Assembly (NCBI GenBank): GCA_903933995.1
Contig: CAIZMD010000746.1
Location: 1-33,705, forward strand
From: an uncultured Bacteroidota bacterium
GTDB taxonomy: Bacteria; Bacteroidota; Bacteroidia; Chitinophagales; Chitinophagaceae
Direction of reading: 5' to 3'
DNA: 33,705 bases
Shown: piece after piece, positions 1-10,170 of the stretch
Layout of the letters: the number at the start of each line of letters is the position of its first letter
Numbering within the stretch: the stretch's first letter is position 1
The notes under the pieces: generated by a model
The model's database searches: none
Seen by the model: only the letters and a program-made list of their open reading frames with translations
What the model was told of the DNA's origin: nothing
Made by a program: the position numbers and the translations under genes

Positions 1-527
1 CAACAGTTAACTAGGTTTAAACCATTGCTGATAAAATTATTGTGTGTAAGTATGGCACCTTTAGATGTGCCTGTAGTGCCACTAGTGTAAACAATGGCGG
101 CAGGACTATCACCATTGAGATGACTGCTATCAATTGGGGAATTCTTAATCCCTGGTAAAGCTTGAACAAGCTCATTTAATTGCCATGCATCAAAACCACC
201 AGGCACAGGACCATTGGCAATTAATTTTTTGGGTTCTGCATCTGATAAAATATGTCCTATCTCTCTTTCTTTGTAAAGAATATTGATGGGAACAAATATG
301 ACGCCTATTTTAATGGCGGCAAGATAGATATCAATCATTTCAATACAGTTCTCCAAATAAACTGCCAGTCTATCTCCCGGAACAAATCCTGTTTGCAATA
401 AGAAATTAGCTACTTGATTACTACGCTGATCAATTTGTCCAAAACTAAGGGACTGTTGGTTAAATTCTAAACCAACATAATCCTTTTTTCCTTTGAGAGA
501 GATGTCAAAAAGATGCATCAAATTCAT
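1..527 (-). CDS. AMP-binding acyl-CoA synthetase/ligase (malonyl-CoA synthetase MatB-like), N-terminal 175 aa; runs off the window edge
   Basis: Not in the ORF track; translated by hand from ATG at 527: MNLMHLFDISLKGKK...PGDRLAVYLEN...FVPINILYKEREIGHILSDAEP...AAIVYTSGTTGTSKGAILTHNN. YTSGTTGxxKG is the adenylate-forming P-loop signature. Confidence 0.9.
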   Translation of the reverse strand, partial: MNLMHLFDISLKGKKDYVGLEFNQQSLSFGQIDQRSNQVANFLLQTGFVPGDRLAVYLENCIEMIDIYLAAIKIGVIFVPINILYKEREIGHILSDAEPKKLIANGPVPGGFDAWQLNELVQALPGIKNSPIDSSHLNGDSPAAIVYTSGTTGTSKGAILTHNNFISNGLNLVNC

Positions 528-536
528 GGCAACAAT

Positions 537-1721
537 TTAATCGTTCTTAATTTTTAAAGAAATCAACGCAATGAAAACCGCAAATACGCCAAGTGCAATA
601 AATGCATTGGAAAAATTACCCGCACCATCGGCAACCTTTCCTACTATGGGCGTACCCACTAAAATAAAAACTATACCCAACATATTCACCAAACCCATGG
701 CTGCTCCTGCCCTACCAGGAAATAAATGTGCTGCTCTATTAAACATGCCTGCATAAGGTAATCCGCAACCCATGCCCAATAATAAAATGGCTACAATATC
801 TAATGCCAAAAACTCTGGGAAAAAAGCTAATAGAAAACATCCCGCTGCATTCATGGTCAAACTTCCCAATAACAGTTTTCGCACACCCAACAATTGAACC
901 ATTTTGCCACCAAGAGGTCTTGAAACTAATCCTAATAATAATACCAAGGATGCAATAAAACTGATGAGTAGTTTATTGGAAAAAATAAAATTATCTTTTA
1001 ACAATGTAGTGATCCAAGAACCAATTACAATCACCAATCCAAAAGAGGCCATTTGAACCAATCCCAATAACCACAATTCTCCATGAGCCAACATTTTTAA
1101 TAAAGACCCATGAGGATGTTCTTTGTTTCCTGCAGGTGGCGCCAATAATACCCATGCAAATAGAACCAAAACAGCAACTGTTGCGGAAGCAAGAAATGCT
1201 GCAGACCAACTTTGAAAATATCCAGCTATTTGAGGAATGGCAAATATGACAAAACCTGAACCCAATAAAACACTAGCTCCATAATAGCCTTGATACAATA
1301 ATAATTTATTGGTTGGGGTGGATTGAAAAATATATCTAGCACCTGCTACAAAACTTGTTCCAGTACCAAAGCCTACTAAAAATTTCCAGAACAATAATTG
1401 TTCATAAGAGCTAGCAAAAGCAATTCCAAAATTTCCAATACAAACAATAGAAAGGGCTATGGTAACCACTTTCTTGGGACCAAACTTATCAGCCAAATGT
1501 CCACCAGGAATTTGCATGATAGCATGGGTTAAAAAAATGGCCGTTGTTAAAAAGCCAAACATGGTTTTGGTAAAGGGATGTTCTACACTATCAAAACTTT
1601 TCATCAACCAATCTTTTAAAGGCGCATGATTGGTGTAATTAGCAGAAAAAGCAAATCCTACTAGTATGGCATAGATAAGTGCTGCTTTGGGATTAGAAGA
1701 AATGGTTTGTTTATTTTCCAT
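537..1721 (-). CDS. MFS transporter
   Basis: 394 aa with about 12 hydrophobic segments; motif A-like GGHLADKFGPKK and a second-half echo (GGKMVQLLGVRK). Confidence 0.92.
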   Translation of the reverse strand: MENKQTISSNPKAALIYAILVGFAFSANYTNHAPLKDWLMKSFDSVEHPFTKTMFGFLTTAIFLTHAIMQIPGGHLADKFGPKKVVTIALSIVCIGNFGIAFASSYEQLLFWKFLVGFGTGTSFVAGARYIFQSTPTNKLLLYQGYYGASVLLGSGFVIFAIPQIAGYFQSWSAAFLASATVAVLVLFAWVLLAPPAGNKEHPHGSLLKMLAHGELWLLGLVQMASFGLVIVIGSWITTLLKDNFIFSNKLLISFIASLVLLLGLVSRPLGGKMVQLLGVRKLLLGSLTMNAAGCFLLAFFPEFLALDIVAILLLGMGCGLPYAGMFNRAAHLFPGRAGAAMGLVNMLGIVFILVGTPIVGKVADGAGNFSNAFIALGVFAVFIALISLKIKND

Positions 1722-3258
1722 ATACTTGTTTGAATGCTTGTTTTACATAATTGGCCCAAATAACATAACCTGCATCATTATAGTGCAGCTTATCCTCCCT
1801 AAACAAAATACTAATGGGCTTACCATCTTTACCTAAATAACTTGTTGCAGTTTCAACATAATACAAATTAGGGTGTTGAGAACAGTAAGTTTTGATTAGT
1901 TCATTGGCTTCTGAAATTCTATCCCAAACTGCCCATCTTTTTTCCGAAGGTGAAATTTGGTTCCAGAAAATTGGAATGGTTGGATACTTGGCCCTAATTT
2001 TCAGCGTAATATATTTGACCAATTCCAGATCCTGTAAAGCTGTTTTATCTAGATTATTTCCAACAATATCATTACCCACATAAAGGAATACGCCTTTCAA
2101 GTCTTGATGGGCCAAGAGCAACCTGTCTAGATAATACGCCACTTCTTGCAATTTAGACCCACCAAATCCACGATTAATGGTTTTCAATGGTTTCATTTGT
2201 GCAGGCAATTGATCCCATAAACGGATATAAGAACTTCCAATAAACAACACAGTTTCACTGTTTCCTTTTTCTGTTTTGTCTTTGGCTTCTAGCTTTGAAA
2301 TGTCTTGTTCCCATTTAAAAATTTCAGGTTTTTCAGGCGCATTTATTTTTAACTGAGTAAAGAGCCAAGCACTCAAATCTTGCAGCGCACTGTCTTGCTT
2401 TTTCTTGTCATTATCTAAAGTATGGCCTGATCCATAAAATAATCTTAGACCAGTAGCAATGCCTTGTTGCAATGCTTGGTTGTATAGGACGGCACTTCCA
2501 TATTTGAATCCATGGTAATTAAAAGAAGAATCAAAAGGAACTGTTTTATCTGCCGTTCCGGATATGTTAAATAAGGGAGCATCTCCTTTTTGAATCCAAC
2601 GATAATCAATCATGGCACCCCAGCAATTAACAACAGCACTAACTTTAGAAGAATAGCCAGGATTGCCGCTATTACCCTCTAAGTTTCCTAGTTTGTTTTG
2701 ATCTACACCAAGTGGCACTTCTTCTTGATCTAGATATGCCAAGTGCATGGCGGTTTTGGCTCCAGCTGAACTACCCATCACAAAAATCTGATCTGGGTCT
2801 ATGCGATATTTATCTGCATACCTTCTAAAAAATCTTACTGCTGCTTTTGCGTCTTGAACAGCACGATACATGGCTTCTGCATATTCATTTTCTGTTTTAG
2901 TTTTTGGAATCCCTAATCTATAGTTAATGGTAGCAACCATATAGCCCCTCTTGGCCAATCCGTTGCAGATTAAATTGGGATAGGCCCCAGATTTGGTATT
3001 GCTTTGAAAGCCTCCCCCATGTATGAAAATCATCAAGGGTCTTTTAGTGGCAGTATCTGCTATACCTGGGGAATACAAATCCAAGAGCAATTCCTCCGTT
3101 TTTCCATTAAGATTTTGGGCAGATCCATAGGGAATATTGAGTATAGAATCAGGATAGGAGAAAGAGATATCTTTATATCGCTGTATATTTTGAGCGCCCG
3201 CATCTAGTAAAAAAATAGATAAAATAATTAATATGAATTGGCACTTCAAGTACTTCAT
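1711..3258 (-). CDS. Secreted two-domain esterase: alpha/beta-hydrolase carboxylesterase fused to a C-terminal SGNH/GDSL hydrolase
   Basis: Start moved to ATG 3258 (MKYLKCQFILIILSIFLLDAGAQ, signal-peptide-like). N-domain has HGGGF, GSSAG, GTAD and GSGH. C-domain has FIGSS, NRGFGG, VGND and DKLH. Overlaps the MFS start by 11 bp. Confidence 0.85.
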   Translation of the reverse strand: MKYLKCQFILIILSIFLLDAGAQNIQRYKDISFSYPDSILNIPYGSAQNLNGKTEELLLDLYSPGIADTATKRPLMIFIHGGGFQSNTKSGAYPNLICNGLAKRGYMVATINYRLGIPKTKTENEYAEAMYRAVQDAKAAVRFFRRYADKYRIDPDQIFVMGSSAGAKTAMHLAYLDQEEVPLGVDQNKLGNLEGNSGNPGYSSKVSAVVNCWGAMIDYRWIQKGDAPLFNISGTADKTVPFDSSFNYHGFKYGSAVLYNQALQQGIATGLRLFYGSGHTLDNDKKKQDSALQDLSAWLFTQLKINAPEKPEIFKWEQDISKLEAKDKTEKGNSETVLFIGSSYIRLWDQLPAQMKPLKTINRGFGGSKLQEVAYYLDRLLLAHQDLKGVFLYVGNDIVGNNLDKTALQDLELVKYITLKIRAKYPTIPIFWNQISPSEKRWAVWDRISEANELIKTYCSQHPNLYYVETATSYLGKDGKPISILFREDKLHYNDAGYVIWANYVKQAFKQVYGK

Positions 3259-3388
3259 GGCAGCTATTAAAGACTTAAATATCCCATCTATCTGTTGAGA
3301 AATCAAAAACAGTTGAAGCATAATTGACATTTTTTCCAATAACGATTTCGTAATTTCCCATTTCAACAACAGATAAACTAAAAAAAAC

Positions 3389-4171
3389 ATGAAAAAATCC
3401 TTCGCCATTTTAATAGTCCTTGCTATCGGCTGTAGTAAAAACAATAGTAATCACAGCATTGCTGTTCCTGATGTTGTTTTGGCACAACAAAACAGAGCCA
3501 ACATACAAGGCATGATTTTATTATACGATGAAGAAGGCAACCGCCAAGCAGATATGAGTGGCGTTACCGTAAGTATTGACAATAGTACCGTCAGCACCAA
3601 AACAGGAGCAGATGGTAAGTGGGCACTAGACAGTATCCCCTATGGCACTTATGATATCAGTTATGCCAAGCAAGGCTATGGTACTGGTAAAATCATGGGC
3701 ATCTATCATGCTGCAACCAACCATGCTACTACCGTTATTTCTAAGAGTGAATCCATGGCCGTAAATTCTAGCATCGCTGTAAGCAATTTAGTGATTACGC
3801 CATTTAACGATGCTATTCAAGCTGCCGGTGTTACTGGTGTACATATTGATCCTGTCTTCAACAATCCTTCTGGAAAAGAAAAATATATTCGTTTATTCTT
3901 TAGCGATAATGGTAGTGTCAATTCTAATAATTATTTAGCTGAAGTAAAAGTGAGGAGTAGTGGCGCTGCTTCACAAATGAATGACTTTAACCTAACCACC
4001 AGTTTTTTTGTAAACCTTGGTTTCAAGAAAGGGCAAACCATTTATGTAAAAGCCTACGGCGATAGTTTCTTGGCAGATGAATATACCGATCCAATTACCA
4101 ACACAACTATCTTCCCAAGCCTGAGTACCAAACCTAGCTCAACTGTTTCGTTTGTATTGGCTACCAAATAA
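3389..4171 (+). CDS. Lipoprotein with a carboxypeptidase-regulatory-like (prealbumin-fold) domain
   Basis: Lipobox LAIGC after a short hydrophobic stretch; GVTVSI...TGADGKW.L..IPYGTYDISYAKQGY pattern typical of this beta-sandwich family. Confidence 0.75.
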   Translation: MKKSFAILIVLAIGCSKNNSNHSIAVPDVVLAQQNRANIQGMILLYDEEGNRQADMSGVTVSIDNSTVSTKTGADGKWALDSIPYGTYDISYAKQGYGTGKIMGIYHAATNHATTVISKSESMAVNSSIAVSNLVITPFNDAIQAAGVTGVHIDPVFNNPSGKEKYIRLFFSDNGSVNSNNYLAEVKVRSSGAASQMNDFNLTTSFFVNLGFKKGQTIYVKAYGDSFLADEYTDPITNTTIFPSLSTKPSSTVSFVLATK

Positions 4172-4216
4172 TCAATTACACATTCAACCTTACACTGCTA
4201 ATTAGTGCTGGTTTAA

Positions 4217-4260
4217 AATAAAAAGCTGCCCTGTTTTAAAAACGGGGCAGCTTTTTTATT
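4217..4260. terminator. Bidirectional intrinsic terminator between the convergent lipoprotein and efflux genes
   Basis: aaaaagctgccc-tgttttaaaaacg-gggcagcttttt inverted repeat flanked by A and T tracts. Confidence 0.85.
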
Positions 4261-4271
4261 GTTTGAAATGA

Positions 4272-5651
4272 TTAATTCCATCCACCACCAAGTGCTCTAT
4301 ACAAACCAACCAAAGCGTTTAGCTTTTGTTGCATTAAAACAGATTCTTGTAACTCTGCATCAAATAGACTATTTTCTTGGGTTAACACTTCTAAATAAGA
4401 CGTATAACCAAAATTATACCTAGCATTAGAAAGTTCTAAAGCCTTTCTTCCCGCGTCTGCTTGAATCTTTCTATTCGCGTATTCTTCTGCAAATGTTTTA
4501 TTGGCAATTAAGGCATTGTTTACATCTGCAAAAGAAGCCAACACGGTTTGTTCATACTGCAACTGTGCTTGTTGGGTTCTAATTCTTTCTACTTGAACAC
4601 GCTTAAGGTTTTGTCCAAATTGGAAAATGGGACCAACCAGTCCAGCAAAGCCGTTGGCAACAAATCCATTGCTGACCAAGGAACCCAATTGAGGACTAGC
4701 AAAACCTAATAAACCTGTAAGCGAGAAAGAGGGATATCTAGACGCTTCAGCCACGCCTATTTTTTCATATTGTGCATTAAGGGCTTTTTCAGAAGCCTTG
4801 ATATCTGGTCTTCGCAACAATAATTGAGATGGCAATCCTGCGGGAATAGATGGAGGCAAGATTTGGTTAAACAATGATGCCCCTCTTGAAACAGTACCAG
4901 GAGTTTTTCCCATTAACAGGTTAATAGCATTTTCTGTTTGAACAATCTGTCTTGAAATATTTGGAATCAATGCTGCTGCTTGTGCTTCCTGTTGAACTGC
5001 TTGATAACGATCAAGTTCAGAAATATATCCTTTCTCATATCGTTGAGTGATGATCTTGGTACTCTCTTTTCTTGAAGCCAATGTGCGTTGGGCAATTAAC
5101 AAACGATTGTCCAAGTCTCTTAAAATAAAATACAAACTTGCAGCTTCTGCTACAAGACTCACTTTTAAGGCATTTCTATTTTCGTCAACAGCCAAAATCT
5201 GTGCCCTTGCAGAAGCAGTGGCTCCTCTAAGTTTACCCCAAAGATCAATCTCCCAATTTAGCACACCCGCAGCTTTAAAAACAGCGCTATTTAATCCACC
5301 GCCTACTTTGAGTGCATCAGTTCCTGCAGTTCCACCACCTGCTTGTACTTGGTAATTGAAAGAGGGATATTGGTTAATCTTGATAATATCAGCCTGCATT
5401 TGTGCTTCTAAAACCCTAGCACTAGCTAATTGCAGGTTCCGATTATTATCTAGCGTGGTTTTGATAATGGTTTGCAAAGCAGTGTCTTTGAAAAGGTCAA
5501 ACCATTTAACCAAGGGTGTTGTATCAGTATTGGCATTATCTGCATAAGCCGTAGGCGTTGCAGTTTGAGGTTGCTCGTATGCTTTAGAAACACGGCAACT
5601 GCCAAACAATAAAAGAGCACCCAGTGAGAATATAAATAATTGCTTTGTCAT
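4272..5651 (-). CDS. RND efflux outer membrane factor (NodT/OprM-family lipoprotein)
   Basis: Lipobox FGSC; motifs LNWEIDLWGK, PSQLLLRRPDI and terminal LYRALGGGW. Confidence 0.95.
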   Translation of the reverse strand: MTKQLFIFSLGALLLFGSCRVSKAYEQPQTATPTAYADNANTDTTPLVKWFDLFKDTALQTIIKTTLDNNRNLQLASARVLEAQMQADIIKINQYPSFNYQVQAGGGTAGTDALKVGGGLNSAVFKAAGVLNWEIDLWGKLRGATASARAQILAVDENRNALKVSLVAEAASLYFILRDLDNRLLIAQRTLASRKESTKIITQRYEKGYISELDRYQAVQQEAQAAALIPNISRQIVQTENAINLLMGKTPGTVSRGASLFNQILPPSIPAGLPSQLLLRRPDIKASEKALNAQYEKIGVAEASRYPSFSLTGLLGFASPQLGSLVSNGFVANGFAGLVGPIFQFGQNLKRVQVERIRTQQAQLQYEQTVLASFADVNNALIANKTFAEEYANRKIQADAGRKALELSNARYNFGYTSYLEVLTQENSLFDAELQESVLMQQKLNALVGLYRALGGGWN

Positions 5652-5652
5652 G

Positions 5653-8600
5653 TTAGTGCGTTGAATGATTGGTTACAGTTGCAGGTGCAACAGTTGCTTT
5701 TTTCTTTTTCTTGCCTTCAATTAAAACAAAGAAAGCTGGTATCAGAATTACCCCTACAATAGTGGCAACCAACATACCACTGAATACAGAAGTACCCATT
5801 ACCCTTCTTGCTTCTGCACCTGCACCGGTAGCTGTCATTAATGGAACTACTCCTAGAATAAAGGCAAAGCTGGTCATCAAGATGGGTCTAAAACGCAACC
5901 TAGCGCCTTCAATGGCAGCTTCAAATGGTGGCAACCCTTCATTGTCCATTTTCATTTTGGCAAACTCAACAATCAGGATGGCATTTTTGGCATTCAATCC
6001 AATCAACATCACCAAACCAATTTGAGCAAATACGTTGTTTACATAAGTAGTGGCATATAAACCGCCAATAAACAAACCTAATAATGCACCCATAACCGCC
6101 CAAGGTGTTCCCAACAAAACACTGAATGGAAGTTTCCAACTTTCATATTGAGCCGCCAAGATTAAGAACACAAATAAAAGTGCCATAATAAATACAGAAG
6201 CTCCTTTACCTGCAGATTCTTTTTCCTGATATGAAGTATTACTCCAAGAATAGCCAATATCATTGGGTAATACTTTTTTAGCAACTCCTTCTAATACACG
6301 TAATGCCATATCAGAACTTACACCTGGTGCTGGTACACCGCTCAACTCTGCAGAGCGATAAATATTAAAGTGATTGGTAAATGAAGGTCCCGTAGTGTCT
6401 TTTACTTTAGCCAGTGTTCCAAGAGAAACCATATTCCCATTTGGATCACGAACAAAGTATTGGTTAATATCATCTGGTTTCATTCTATACTCAGCTTCAG
6501 ATTGAATATAGGCCCTATACTGTCTTCCGTATGCATTGAAGTTATTGATAAATGCTCCACCCAAATAAGCAGAGATAGCACCATTTACTTCTTGTAATGG
6601 AATACCCATTTTTTGTACTTTCTCTTTGTCTACTTGAATAGATTTCTGAGGCACCGTAGGTCTAAATAAGGTATAGATTTTTCCTATTTCAGGACGCTTA
6701 GAAGCTATAGCAATAAAGCGTTGGGTCTGTTGCGCCAAATAGAGTGGAGACTTCCCTGCTTTGTCTTGCAACATCATGGTAAAACCGGCTCCTGAACCCA
6801 ACCCTTGAATAGGTGGTGGACCAAATACAATCACCGTTGCTTCTGTAACATTTTTGGTTAAAACCCCATTCATTTCGTTCACAATTTGTGCAACAGTTTT
6901 TTTCCTTTCATCCCAAGGTTTTAAACTGATAAACGCCATGGCTGAATTGGATGTAGCTGTACCAGATAAAATATTGAAACCATTAATGGCCGTGTAAGAA
7001 CTAATTTCTTCCATGCCTTTAAAATAAGACTCCACTTTTTTAGAAATGGCTTCTGTTCTATCCTTAGATGCAGCATCTGGCAACTGAATGGCCAACATAA
7101 AATATCCCTCGTCTTCTTCCGGTACAAATCCACCAGGTACTTTTAATGCAAGGAATCCAGTAGCAACACAAATACCTACCAAAATCATCACCGTTAAGAA
7201 CAATCTTCTAGCGGCAAAACTGGCCACTTTTACATAGCCGTTGGTGAACTTGTCAAAGTACTTGTTAAAGCCATCAAAGAATCTTTGTAATAATCCTTTA
7301 CTTGGTTTCTTTGGTTTTAACAAAATGGCTGCTAAGGCGGGACTCAAGGTCAAGGCATTGAATGCCGATAGAGCTACTGAAATAGCAATGGTGATGGCAA
7401 ATTGTTGATAGAGTCTTCCTGTGATTCCACCGGACAAAGCCACTGGAATAAATACCGCACAAAGAATCACGGCAATGGCCACAACTGGACCTCCTACTTC
7501 TTTCATGGCTTTGCTGGTAGCTTCTTTTGGATTGAGCCCATGTTCCATTTCATGAATCACGGCCTCCACTACCACAATGGCATCATCTACTACTAGACCA
7601 ATGGCCAATACCATACCCAACAAAGACAATTGGTTTACAGAGAAACCCAATAATGGGAACACAATAAAAGTACCAATCAATGATACTGGTACGGTTAATA
7701 AAGGAATCAATGTAGCCCTCCAATCTTGTAAGAAAAGGAATACCACTAAGATTACAAGAATCACCGCTTCAAACAAAGTATGTAATACCTCTTCAATACC
7801 TACGGTAATGGCTTGAGTAGTATCTAAACTGGTGGTATAATCTAAGCCTTGTGGGAACCTAGATTTTAACTCATCCATTTTTGCTTTTGCTTTGTTGGCA
7901 ACATCCAAACCATTTGATCCAGGAATCTGATAAATAGCAATGGCCGCACAAGGACTACCATTTAAGTTGGAACTCAGGTTATACATCTGTAAACCCAATT
8001 CAATACGTGCCACATCTTTCAATCTTACTTGGGCACCATTAGCATTGGATTTGAGTAAGATATTTCCAAAATCTTCTTCTGACACCAATCGTTGTTGCAA
8101 GGTAGCCGTATAGGTATTTTGAACGCCTGGCTTGGAAGGAGCATCGCCGAAGGCACCACCGGGTACAATATTATTTTGAGCCTTAATGGCATTCATGACA
8201 TCAGAAGCCGTAATCTTTAGTTTGGCCAAACGATCAGGTTTTACCCATATACGCATGGCATATTCTGAACTACCCATCACAGATACATCACCCACCCCTT
8301 TGATCCTTTTTAATTCATCAATTAAATTGATAAAGGCGTAGTTATTAATGAAATCTGCATTATAGGATTTGGAAGGAGAATACACAGAAAACATCATCAA
8401 AGGAAAAGTCAATGATTTCTTTACGTTTACTCCTAGGTTAATTACTTCGGGAGGAAGGAATGGATTGGCTCTTGACACCCTATTCTGGGTAAGCATATTG
8501 GCCACATCCAAATCAGTGCCTACTTCAAAAGAAACCTGCAAAGTCATGGAACCATTGTAGTTCACAGACTTCATGTACAACATATTTTCTACCCCATTTA

Positions 8601-8805
8601 CTTGTTGTTCAATGGGAGTAGCCACAGTTTGTTCCATGTCTACCGCATTGGCACCTGTATAGGATGCCTGAACTTGCACCATGGGTGGTGTGATATCGGG
8701 ATATTTTGCAACCGGTATGCCTTGAAGTGTCAATAAGCCCATAATCACAATGAAAATGGAAATGACCATGGCAACTATTGGCCGGCGTATAAAAAATTCA
8801 CTCAT
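5653..8805 (-). CDS. RND efflux permease (HAE1, AcrB/MexB-like)
   Basis: 1050 aa; FFIRRPI start, GLVVDDAIVVVE, KNAILIVEFAK and RFRPILMTS proton-relay motifs. Confidence 0.97.
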   Translation of the reverse strand: MSEFFIRRPIVAMVISIFIVIMGLLTLQGIPVAKYPDITPPMVQVQASYTGANAVDMEQTVATPIEQQVNGVENMLYMKSVNYNGSMTLQVSFEVGTDLDVANMLTQNRVSRANPFLPPEVINLGVNVKKSLTFPLMMFSVYSPSKSYNADFINNYAFINLIDELKRIKGVGDVSVMGSSEYAMRIWVKPDRLAKLKITASDVMNAIKAQNNIVPGGAFGDAPSKPGVQNTYTATLQQRLVSEEDFGNILLKSNANGAQVRLKDVARIELGLQMYNLSSNLNGSPCAAIAIYQIPGSNGLDVANKAKAKMDELKSRFPQGLDYTTSLDTTQAITVGIEEVLHTLFEAVILVILVVFLFLQDWRATLIPLLTVPVSLIGTFIVFPLLGFSVNQLSLLGMVLAIGLVVDDAIVVVEAVIHEMEHGLNPKEATSKAMKEVGGPVVAIAVILCAVFIPVALSGGITGRLYQQFAITIAISVALSAFNALTLSPALAAILLKPKKPSKGLLQRFFDGFNKYFDKFTNGYVKVASFAARRLFLTVMILVGICVATGFLALKVPGGFVPEEDEGYFMLAIQLPDAASKDRTEAISKKVESYFKGMEEISSYTAINGFNILSGTATSNSAMAFISLKPWDERKKTVAQIVNEMNGVLTKNVTEATVIVFGPPPIQGLGSGAGFTMMLQDKAGKSPLYLAQQTQRFIAIASKRPEIGKIYTLFRPTVPQKSIQVDKEKVQKMGIPLQEVNGAISAYLGGAFINNFNAYGRQYRAYIQSEAEYRMKPDDINQYFVRDPNGNMVSLGTLAKVKDTTGPSFTNHFNIYRSAELSGVPAPGVSSDMALRVLEGVAKKVLPNDIGYSWSNTSYQEKESAGKGASVFIMALLFVFLILAAQYESWKLPFSVLLGTPWAVMGALLGLFIGGLYATTYVNNVFAQIGLVMLIGLNAKNAILIVEFAKMKMDNEGLPPFEAAIEGARLRFRPILMTSFAFILGVVPLMTATGAGAEARRVMGTSVFSGMLVATIVGVILIPAFFVLIEGKKKKKATVAPATVTNHSTH

Positions 8806-8826
8806 ATAAATCAGTTAGAGATAAGA

Positions 8827-9978
8827 TTATTGTTTAGAAGTGGAATCATAATTCCAAGTAACTGGGATGACTTTTATCACCACATCTGGTTTCACCACCA
8901 TGCTACCCAAAATAGCCACTTTATCTCCGGGTTTTAAACCACTCTTGATGATCCAGTTACTACCTACTCTTTTACCAGTTTGAATAACAGTAGGTTTTAC
9001 CATTCCACTATCATTGAGTACAAATGCTTGGAATAAATTTTGAATCTGATTCACTGCTTGTTGTGGCAAAAGAATGGCGTCTTTAAACTCATTGGTTTGC
9101 AAACGGAGTTTTACGTATTGCCCTGGCTTGAGCAGGTTTTGTGGATTGGAAAATTCTGCTTGTACCAACAATGAACCTGTTGCAGGATCAATTTGCCTAT
9201 TAGACAAACTAATATTTCCTTTTTCACTATACACGGTACCATCGCTCAAAAGCAATTCAGCAGACAGTTGATTTTGCAAGATTTTGTGAGAGTTTCCAGC
9301 TTTGCGTTTGGCAAACATTAGGTACTCGTCTTCTGTAATAGAAAAACGAACACGCATTTTACCAATTGAAGAGACCGTATTCAAAGGTCCTCCTGTATTC
9401 AATTTTCCAATATAATCACCCACCAATACTTTAGAAATTCCAATGACGCCTGTAATAGGAGAAGTAATTCTAGTGTATTCCAATTCTATCTTGCTATTGC
9501 GTAATGCAGCTGAAGCAGCATCTACTTGAGAAATGGAAGCTTCATAATTGGCTTTAGCCGCATCAAGGTCTCTTTGACTAAGTGCGTGCATGGCGGTTAG
9601 GGGTTGTACCCTATCCAACTCAGCCTTGTTTTTTACTTTGCCGGTATTGGCCTGTGCCAGATTTGCTTGGGCTTGGTCAATTTTATTTCTAATGGGCAAG
9701 TCATCAATAGTATATAGTAATTGCCCCTTTTGAACCATATCACCTTCTTTAAAATGGATACCTGTAATCCAACCATCTACCCTTGATTGAATTTGTATGT
9801 CTTCCTGACCAAAGGTCTCTCCTACATAATCAGTGTAAAAAGGAATGGTCTGTTGACCAACCGTTACTACATTAACTTCTGGATTAAGAGCGGCAGGGGC
9901 TTCTGTTTTATCCTTGCAGGATGACAATAAAAAAAGGGTTAGGCTTCCGGCCAAAAAGACCGATGGGAATGATTTCAT
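8827..9978 (-). CDS. RND efflux periplasmic adaptor (membrane fusion lipoprotein)
   Basis: Start moved to ATG 9978 (MKSFPSVFLAGSLTLFLLSSC, lipobox); SRVDGWI..F.EG..V.KGQ.L, ITSPITG and NPQNLLKPG motifs. Confidence 0.93.
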   Translation of the reverse strand: MKSFPSVFLAGSLTLFLLSSCKDKTEAPAALNPEVNVVTVGQQTIPFYTDYVGETFGQEDIQIQSRVDGWITGIHFKEGDMVQKGQLLYTIDDLPIRNKIDQAQANLAQANTGKVKNKAELDRVQPLTAMHALSQRDLDAAKANYEASISQVDAASAALRNSKIELEYTRITSPITGVIGISKVLVGDYIGKLNTGGPLNTVSSIGKMRVRFSITEDEYLMFAKRKAGNSHKILQNQLSAELLLSDGTVYSEKGNISLSNRQIDPATGSLLVQAEFSNPQNLLKPGQYVKLRLQTNEFKDAILLPQQAVNQIQNLFQAFVLNDSGMVKPTVIQTGKRVGSNWIIKSGLKPGDKVAILGSMVVKPDVVIKVIPVTWNYDSTSKQ

Positions 9979-10119
9979 AATTAACGCATTGATAGGATTG
10001 GTTGAAATGTCACCCTCTAAAAATAACGTAAAACCGTGTATTATGTAAATCTGGAATAGAAAGGAACAAAAAAACTTGTCTGAATTATCAAATTTCAAAC
10101 AAATCCTTGGATGAAGACC

Positions 10120-10152
10120 AAAAAAAGCCGGTGAGTCAATTTCACCGGCTTT
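10120..10152 (-). terminator. Intrinsic terminator after the CBS gene
   Basis: Minus strand aaagccggtga-aattgac-tcaccggc followed by T7. Confidence 0.8.
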
Positions 10153-10170
10153 CAAATATGTTAGTTTATT

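Noticed and set aside
3259-3444. Upstream extensions in the ORF track (also 9979-10155, 10600-10629, 26498-26533, 28947-29006)
   Set aside because: They overlap a divergent gene, a terminator or a promoter, or precede the evident signal peptide or conserved N-terminus; downstream ATGs fit better.
4272-9978. RND pump without an adjacent regulator as a possible acquired resistance locus
   Set aside because: Ordinary tripartite HAE1 system with no mobile-element signatures or flanking repeats.
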